Origin: Streptococcus rubneri | GTDB lineage: Bacteria > Bacillota > Bacilli > Lactobacillales > Streptococcaceae | Assembly (NCBI RefSeq): GCF_004785935.1 | Contig: NZ_SRRP01000001.1 | Location: 1,504,753-1,536,752, forward strand | Length of the DNA: 32,000 bases | Direction: 5' to 3' | Part shown: positions 19,933-32,000 of the stretch, piece by piece | Position numbering within the stretch: position 1 is the first letter of the stretch | Layout: every line of letters starts with the position of its first letter | Made by a program: the position numbers and the translations under genes | The notes under the pieces: generated by a model | What the model was told of the DNA's origin: nothing | Seen by the model: the letters and a program-made list of their open reading frames with translations, nothing else | Databases searched by the model: none

Positions 19933-19978
19933 ATTGACCTTATTTGACTATTATACAATTTTTATGACGGTAAATAAA
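19933..19978 (-). promoter_or_regulatory. CtsR operator and promoter of ctsR-clpC
   Basis: Minus strand TTTATT-17 nt-TATAAT (19950-19955) followed by AGTCAAAtaaGGTCAAT (19933-19949), matching the CtsR heptad direct repeat. Confidence 0.8.
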
Positions 19979-22900
19979 GCAATTACACTATTGAACTGTT
20001 AGAGAAGACGAGGATTGTCAATGAAAGAGGGAAAAAGCCTCAAAAAAGAGGCTGGGATATCCCAACCTCTTGTGAGAAGAATCAACTACTCTTTCCGACG
20101 AGCGAATTTCACTCTTCCGCCTAAGAGACCTAAACTAAGAACTCCTAGCCACGCAATCATGCCACTTTCTTTTGTACCAGTTTGAGGCAGTTTACCTTCC
20201 GCTTGTAGAGAAGGACTTTCACCCTCTTCTTCTACTGGATGCTCGGCAGTCAAAGCAGGAGTTGTTTCCGGAGTCGTCTCTTTCAGAAGAACCGGAGTTT
20301 CTTTCTCTTTTTTATCTTCTATTGGCGAAAGAGGGGCCTGCACTTGCAAGTCTTTGCTTGAAGTTGCAGGGATTATTGAAGTCGGCAGATCAGGTGTCAC
20401 AGGTCTTTCTTCTACCTCACCTGTTCCGACTTCTGTAATTTGGTCCTGGGCTTCCACTTCGACAAAGGCATCGACTTCTGTCCGAATTTCTTTGCCTTCT
20501 TCTTGTCGAACCTCGATCAACTTCAATTTACGACCTACTTGCCCTGCTTGAAGGATCCGGCTTTCCCCCTTAGCTAAGTCCTTGTTCTCACGCGTTTGAA
20601 GATTGAATGGAATCTCCTCTGCTTCTATGAGAAGCTCTGGCTTTTCAAGAATCAAGTCCCGAACACCTTCGTCTGGACGTGTTTGTGTTAATGGTTCATA
20701 ATTTTGAACATTTTCTAAGATGGTTTCAAGGGCTTCCACTTGATTCGCTGCAGCAACCAAATCTGGTTGCTCTTGATTCAACAACTGAGTCAACTGAGTC
20801 AATTGATGTTGAATAGTCGGTTTGAGGTCTGCTTTCAAGCGATCGAGAGAAGTAGCCTTGATCTTTTCTACTCCTTCTTTGATAATCTGTTGTAACTCTT
20901 CTTGACTGAGCAACTGACTATCTTTTCCTGATAGGACAAACCGGTCTACCTGGATGGCTCTAGATGACTGAGGATCATTGAGGGCTGGATCTAGGTGCAA
21001 GCGTAGCTGGTGGTATCCTTTTGCTAGACCTTGCAGATTGACCAAACTCTGATCGAGCTTGCGTTGGTCTCCATAGCCACTGAAGTAATGATCGCCTTCA
21101 ATCTCATAATCATGACCACGCCCTTCTTCAAAGGCGATTTCTTTTCCGTCTAGGGTGACGCTGTAGAGACCATGGCTTGGATCAACCACTCCTCGAACCT
21201 CCACACCAGTTCCCTTAAAGGTGATGGTCACATCAATGTGTTTCTTGCCTTCCTCATCGGTCACTTGGTTAAAGCTAGACCAGGATTCTGTTCCATTTGA
21301 GAAGTTTTGATTATCTGTCTCATGATGCCAGCCTTGGCTGTAGTGCAGTTTTGGATCTTGGTCATCCACTTCTTTGCGATTTTCTGGAAGCAGGTCCTCG
21401 TTCATCACTTGGACTGTCAGCTCTGGAATAAAGCCGACCAGACTTCCTTGATCCGGATGCAACAATTTGACCTTAAAGTCATAGACATCTGTCGCCTTGC
21501 CTGCGAAATCAAGGGTTGGGACTTGGACTGTTTTTTCTGTCTCTCCATCTGCAAACTCGAGAGTGACATTGGTATCTTTATAAACCTTGCCATGAACCCC
21601 TGTTCCTGGTTCTGTGATTAATTTAAGACTAGCGCTTCCTTTAGAACCGCCTTTTCTCTTGACGACGACTTGCGCTGGGTCGCCTTTCTTAACGGCTAGG
21701 GTTGGCTGAGCAAACTCAAAGAGACCCTTTTCTTGGTTATTGAGGGCATAAATCCCTTCCGTTGCGATCGCATCTCCCTTGCTATTGACCAAGGTCAAAG
21801 TATGGGCTCCTGCTTTCAAATCCGGTGTTTCATAAACCTTTTGGCTGCGTTTGCGGGTTGGACTTTGGGTATTAACCGTCGCTAGTTTTTGGCCATCGAC
21901 ATAGACATCCATTTCCCCATGACCAGGGTCGACAGTTGCGACGACATAGGCTTTGGTCCCTTCAAAATGGTAGGTTGCAGAAGCTCCCTTTTCCTTGGTC
22001 CACATAGAGGTGCCTCGAACGCCTTCTCCCTCTTCATTCCATTGGCTATTGGCACGGTCAGCAGTCCGGTCAGAATGATAGGCCAAACCAAGCGGATAGC
22101 CATCCGTTTCTTCAATGCTAGCTGGCGTCTTATAGACAGAGACGCCGTTCAAGATTGGAGTGGCTTGGGCATCGGTGATGGACACCCGGAGGTAGCGACT
22201 ATCAACTGGTTGCCCTTTGATCAAACGGCGGTATCCAACGGTTGACCCAGCCCCAAAAGGAACCCATTGCCCATTCACCGCTACATCGATGGTGAAACCG
22301 GAAATCCGTTGGCCTTTCTCGATGGTTTCTTTGAGCTCTACCACATCAAAATGTTGCTCTTTTCCAAGATCGAGGACAAAAGATCCGGTCTTGGCATCAT
22401 CAGCAGGTGCCCAACTGGTCTTCTCATCTCCATCCGTCAAATGGCTGGCTGAGTAATGAGAATTGCGCCGTGTCGAGTCAGCTTCTACCAAAGCGCCCGC
22501 CGCATAGTCCACGCTGTAGAGTTGATCCAAGGTCTGGCGGAATTCTTTCAAACGGGCTACATCGGCATCCGCAAATTTCCCATCTTGATTCGGTGGAATA
22601 TTGAGCAAAAGCGGGGTTCCACGGCCGACCGATTTGAAGTAAATGTCCATCAATTCGCGTAAAGACTTAGGCTCTTGATTGTCATGGTAGAACCAGCCGG
22701 AGCGAATAGAAACATCGGCTTCTCCCACTGAGTATTGCTTCCCTTCCGGATCCCCGTGATTGAGGTAACTGTTGGATGGATTGTTGCGAATCTTATCTGG
22801 ATTGACCTTATGCCAAACTGGATCTCCGGCAATCCCCTTTTCATTTCCGATCCAACGAACATTGGTTGGCTCAGCTGAGAAGATGGCAATATCTCCTTGG

Positions 22901-23610
22901 GCCTTACGAATGGCATCAAACCACTTATCAAAGGTATAGGTGACTTTTTGAGCCCCATCGCCACGCGCTCCATCCATCCAGACTTCCACGAACTTGCCCT
23001 TGTTTCCATATTTTGGATTTTCAAGAATTTCTTTGAGCTGGTTGAGATAGTATTCGTTGTATTGGTCCTCTGTATCCACATGGTAGAGCGGGCTGTGAGC
23101 ATCCCAAGGGGAGAGGTAGACCCCCATATCCATGTCATACTTGCTGGCAGAAGCAGAAACCTCGGCTAGGATATCGCCTTTCCCTTCCTTCCAACCGCTT
23201 TTAGCAATGGTATGGTCGGTGTATTTGGATGGGTACAAGAGGAAGCCATCGTGGTGCTTGACGACCATGATGGTTCGTTTGAAGCCCGCGTCTTTCAGGG
23301 TTTTGATCCACTGATCGGTATCCAGATGCTCTGGATAGAAATAATAAGGGTCTTCTTGCCCATCTCCCCACTCACGATCGTAGTAAGTATTCATCCCAAA
23401 GTGGATGAAAGCTGCTAGTTCTTCGCGGTGGTATTGCATCTGAGCCTTGCTTGGAAGTGGTCCATAATCCGCAATCTCAGGCTCCTCATCTAGAGAAGTG
23501 GCTGGTTGGCTTGCTTCTGTCCCTTGGCTAACTGCGCGATTTTCTTTCTCACTAGTAGCTGATGAGGACTGTTCTGATTCTTCTTGGTGCTCGTTCACAG
23601 TTTTCTCCTC

Positions 23611-28936
<5,326 letters not shown>

Positions 28937-28945
28937 TCCTGTTGG

Positions 28946-29740
28946 TGCTTTTGCTATGAGTGAGATTTGATATACTTTTTCGAGCTTGCCATCTTCTGAT
29001 ACAACCTTGACAAGAGCAGGTGTATCAGAACCTTTAGCATCAACAACTGTAACAGCTGCCCCATTCTTACCTTGTGCTGAAACTATTGGACGTTCTCCCT
29101 CATACTCTAGATGATAATCCGTCACATCTGGGTTGAACCCTTCCAAGTCTTTGCCATTTACTTGGATAGAGACATCTGTCGTTGCATTAGCTTCTTCCGT
29201 TGGTGCATAGGCACTCAGTTCAATAATTCCAATCCCTTTTAGATTCTCATTTCGAACCATTCTTAAGCGGATGGCTTTGGTTCTGGTTTCATTGAAGCTA
29301 AGGTTGGAGATATAACCAGGTTCAAAGTCATAATCCAAGCTGTAAGGAATTTCTTCCCAGTTAGAGGCTTGGTTAAATGGATGATCTGGAAGGTTTTTTA
29401 GATTGCCATAATCATCCGGAACATCAAAGTCTGGTCCAATGTAGCGTTCAAGAACCGTCTTGGTTGGCAGACCTGTTTCCTGATCTGCAAAGAAGTCGAC
29501 TGCTACTTTATTGACTAAGCGCTCTGTTACTTGACCATTTTTCTTAAAGATGAGACCGGCAAACACTTCTGTTTGATCTGGTTCTCTCTTCCAGTTGGTC
29601 CAACGATAGTACTCGTTGTAGCCACCATCATTGATGTAATCGATATAGTCGATTTGATTTGGATCGAGATCGTTGGTTTCACTGGCAAATGCTCTGGTAT
29701 CCTCTCCATTATAGTTCGGATTCACAGATAGATTTTCCCC
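28946..29740 (-). other. CBM-like module 2 of the BgaA-like protein
   Basis: YIDYINDGGYNEYYRWTNWKREPDQTEVFAGLIFKKNG..VDFFADQETGLPTKTVLERYIGPDF..HPFNQASNWEE. Confidence 0.75.
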
Positions 29741-30001
29741 TGTTTTCTCTGAAACTCGAACCGTTAATTGAGCGGTGAGATCATAGCCAATGACTTTGCC
29801 TTGTAAGGTAAAGGTCCCTTCATGAGAAAGAGCATCTGCTGGTACAGCTTGCCAGTTCACCGTCAGTTCCTTGCGTTCATAGCCTGTAGCCCCTTTGAAG
29901 TAGACGCCTACGGTAGATGGTAAAACTAGATTTTGACCAACCTTCACAAAACGGCTACCTGCTTCCACTGCTACTGGAGCAGATTGTTTCAGTTTTTCTG
30001 C

Positions 30002-30781
30002 ATCGCTTGTGAGATGGAGGCGGTATTCTTGTAAGATGGTGCCATCTTCTGCTTTGTGGATGACGCGGATTGGCTCACCTTCGTGGACGCTTGGAACCAC
30101 TGTTGCGAGGCCGTGTTGACTAGCGCTTGCATCCACTTGTGGACCACGCCCATCGATATAATAATCAGTCACACTTGGATTGATACCTGGTAAGACTTGG
30201 TTATTGACACGAATGGTTAATTGACTCTTGGATTCTGCTGCTACTTTCTTAGCAAAAATTTGCATTTCTGAAATAGAGCTTCCACGCTTGTCTTCTGGAG
30301 TCTTCATACGAATCCGAACTGCGTAAGTGTCTACCTTGTCAAAGGCAAAATGATTCATCTTTCCAGCTGTTACAGGTTCTTCAACGGTTAAGTGGCTCAC
30401 TTCTTTCCAGTTAGCTGGGTTGTTAAATGGATGGTCTGTTTCGTCTTTGACGCGATTTGGATTGCTTGGTACTGCTGGGATTTGCTCACCCACATAGTAT
30501 TCAATCACATACTCACTAGGAGCACCGACTCCATGGTCTTCATGGAAACCAACGTGGAGATTATCCACAGCACGCTTGGTCAAGATACCAGAATCCCCAA
30601 ACAAGATTCCGACTGAATCTTCGGCATTGTTGCGACCCCAGTTGGTCCAACGGTTGGCAGGAGCATCTGTAAAGGAAATCACTTTATCATTGACCTTAGC
30701 AACCGGGTCTGCATCATTGGAATCACTTGCAAAGGCTAATGGTAAGACAGAACCTGTCCATTGTTCTGCTACATTTGCACC
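30002..30781 (-). other. CBM-like module 1 of the BgaA-like protein
   Basis: RWTNWGRNNAEDSVGILFGDSGILTKRAVDNLHVGFHEDHGVGAPSEYVIEYYVG..HPFNNPANWKE. Confidence 0.7.
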
Positions 30782-32000
30782 TTGAACGGTATCTTGAGAA
30801 ACACGAACATGCAAACGAGTTGGCAGGTCTGTTCCTTCCACTTTCCCAGCTAGAACAAATTCCCCTTCTTGGGCAAATTGTTGTGGATTAACTTGATCCC
30901 AAACGACTTTTGCTGCGAAGGACTTCCCGTTAGAGTGATACGCACGAACACTTTCTGGAAGCGCTGGCCGCTCTCCGACAGGCGTCGTCACGCTCACCTC
31001 TTCCACTGCAATAATGCCTTCTACAGTTACTTTTGCCTCAGCTTTTTGGTCGATTCCTTCAATGTGGCCTTTGACGGTAAAGGTATGGTAACGACCCACT
31101 TGATCCGCTGACACTGGCTCCCAAGTCACTGGTTTTTCTTTAGGGAATCCCTTGTCATATTCCACTAAAGCTGTTTCTGGAAGAGTTGGCAATACAGCTC
31201 GATCTGTGCTCACACGTACTGGACGAACTTTTACGACTGATTTTTCTTCTTGGTTTGGAGCAATCGTAAAGTCTACATGCCCTGTTTGTCCTTGATAGTG
31301 AGCTTCAAGGCGGACTGCACCTGGCTCTCTCAGCTCAAGACCATTTTTTGTTACTACAGCCTTCCCTTGGCTACCAGAGGCTGTCGCAATATCAATTTGA
31401 TCTGCTTTTAGATAAGCCTTGCTACCGTCTTGGTAATGAGCTACGACTTCCAAAGGAAGTGTTTGATCTTCCTTGAAGTCCTGGCCTTCTGGCAAGCGCA
31501 ATTCTACTTTTTGAACTTTTGGACTTTCTTCTTGGAATTGAACAGCATAGGTCTGCACAGCTCCAGTATCTTTAGCCGTCACAAAAATCTGAGCCTTCAA
31601 GCCATTTTCACGATTGGCTTGAATCACTGTTACTTCGCCATTTTCAGCTGTCGCAGTTACCAGACCCGGCTCCTGACCATAGGGAAGTGGACGGAAGATA
31701 GTCCGGTTGCCACTACCAAATTTAGGAAGTTCTTGGCCATCCAGATGAACTTTTGGTTTTTTCACTTTTGAAGCTTCACTACCTGCGACAACAAGAGTTG
31801 CTTCAACAATCTCTCCATTTCCTAACTGACCGGTTGCTTTCAAGCGGGCTCCTGGAGTCTCTAGATCAGCTTCTTGGCCTGCTTCTAAGGTCCATTGGTC
31901 GACTTCATAGCTGGCAGTTTGGCCATCTGTGAAGACCAATTGAACGGATTTGTCCACAGTGGATAGATCCGCTCCCTGAGGGATTTGTTTGATGACAGGA

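Overview
Chromosomal window from a Streptococcus of the mitis/sanguinis type (inferred from gene content). Most of it is housekeeping: diaminopimelate-pathway deacetylase and acetyltransferase, pgi, tadA, purA, hslO, dusB, a nadR-pnuC-Nudix operon, and ctsR-clpC. No CRISPR array, prophage, transposase or tRNA was seen. The accessory part is a row of three LPXTG-anchored exoglycosidase-type genes on the minus strand: the C-terminal part of a BgaA-like protein, a NanA-like sialidase, and a GH29 alpha-L-fucosidase. The sialidase gene sits between two ~0.92 kb direct repeats that start and end in homologous modules of neighbouring genes, and a CBM-like module is shared between the sialidase and the BgaA-like protein. 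Other points worth a second look: a four-gene cluster of related membrane-anchored proteins (2075-5486); an ECF S component and DUF4430 lipoprotein directly behind ctsR-clpC; a palindrome at the predicted start of the NAD salvage operon; a two-hairpin purA leader; and two structured intergenic repeat-like elements (7140-7740 and 12085-12252). Domain and family names come from recognising motifs by eye; no database search was run.
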